Part shown: positions 62,988 through 64,000 of the stretch, one piece after another
Layout: each line of letters begins with the position of its first letter
Position numbering within the stretch: position 1 is the stretch's first letter
Origin: Tubulanus polymorphus
Lineage: Eukaryota > Animalia > Nemertea
Length of the DNA: 64,000 bases
Reading direction: 5' to 3'
Assembly: GCF_964204645.1 (NCBI RefSeq)
Contig: NC_134028.1
Coordinates: forward strand, 15,383,653-15,447,652
Notes under the pieces: model-generated
Databases searched by the model: none
Seen by the model: the letters and a program-made list of their open reading frames with translations, nothing else
Told to the model about the DNA's origin: nothing
Position numbers and translations under genes: made by a program

Positions 62988-64000
62988 CGTAATAATAATT
63001 CTTAATGATGTTCCATGATTCACATTGAGTGAGAACACAGATTAAACATATTTCCAAACTACCGGTACACTTAATATGTCTTAAATCATATAAATTTGTA
63101 TTCATTTTATAAATAGTTGAGAAACGTGATGACCGAACAAATGACCAAAGTTTCAGATTGCATTCCATAGATGAATCTAAATATATACTCATTCAAACGT
63201 TGGATCAAGACAAAAGTAAGACTTAATTAAGTGAAACCTTTTTTGAATTCTGCTTTAAAGTTGAAAAAGACTTCATGTTGTATGTTTTAAAGGGGGAGAA
63301 AAATGGTACTGGTATAAAATTGTCACTGAAAAGGAAACATCGTCGTGGTAAGTACATAACATTACAATGAATTTTCTTGGATGTGCTAATCATAAACATA
63401 TTTGATTCAGATAACATCCTCTTACAGCACAATTACCGGTAACAGAACAAACGCAAGAGCCAGTGCCAGTAACCAAATGTTTCAAAGGTATTATCTTATT
63501 ATTTACTATGTATTTATCAGTAAATTATCCATATCATACTCGAAGCATTTCAAAAAATCTTTTATCTGTTTCTTTGGTGTTTTAAATTTTTTTCAGGTGA
63601 TTACAGTCTTGCTGAACTGAATTCCGAAATTGAAAGTATCCCTGACATGAAAATAACAATAAAAGATGACAGTCGTGTTTTCGTCTGCGATGAAGTTTTG
63701 GAAAAGATTGACTTCAATTCACTTGAAGGCAACAACTGGCTTAATGATAAGGTACTCGCTTTGGGACTTAGTGTATTGGGATTCAAGTACCGGTAGATTA
63801 TTGATGATTTATATAAGTCTTAGTCCAATCTTTCATTTCAGATTATCAATAGTTATCTCAGTCTGCTTATGGAGGAAAGAAATAAAGAAGATAATCATCA
63901 CATATTGGTGCTTACATCATATCTTGCAGTTTTATGGAATCGTCCAAATATGTGGCTTTATAAGAAGGTATTTTCTAATGAGAAAAAAAAGTTTAATAAA

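Larger units (their letters stand above)
51768..64000 (+). pseudogene. Spliced Mutator-like (MULE) transposase-SWIM gene with downstream Ulp1-like protease exons; disrupted, BEL element in an intron
   Basis: LDATYKT..Y.LPLFFL.V, MTD, CDF.REQ.W.RW, TNNGLERQN, SWIM CGCYDW....LPCKH; LEGNNWLNDK|IINSYL at 63720-63870. Confidence 0.75.

Overview
Eukaryotic, probably invertebrate, DNA made almost entirely of nested mobile elements; no ordinary host gene is recognisable. The core is three diverged copies of one AT-rich Polinton/Maverick-type endogenous DNA virus. Copy A (6841-23059) has both ends, ~750-bp TIRs, AG..CT termini and a 6-bp TSD CCCCTG, but carries an internal deletion. Copy B (~23245-28229) is a fragment. 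Copy C (30161-49005) is inverted, interrupted by a CR1/L2-type LINE and truncated. Together they encode pPolB, rve integrase with chromodomain-like tail, A32-like ATPase, major and minor capsid proteins, an HNH nuclease and several membrane-type ORFs; no adenain-type protease is recognisable. The surrounding elements are a Gypsy 5' end, a P-like transposase pseudogene, a Penelope element with hammerhead ribozyme, an Academ-like fragment, a non-autonomous TIR element, and a MULE/SWIM/Ulp1 gene interrupted by a young BEL/Pao element. The most unusual signals are all in the virus: long fold-back hairpins inside the TIRs with compensatory changes between copies, poxvirus-like TAAATG starts on most genes, a 27-nt palindromic unit inserted in-frame at different sites, and mosaic exchange of gene modules between copies. 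All family calls are from motif recognition by eye; no database search was run.
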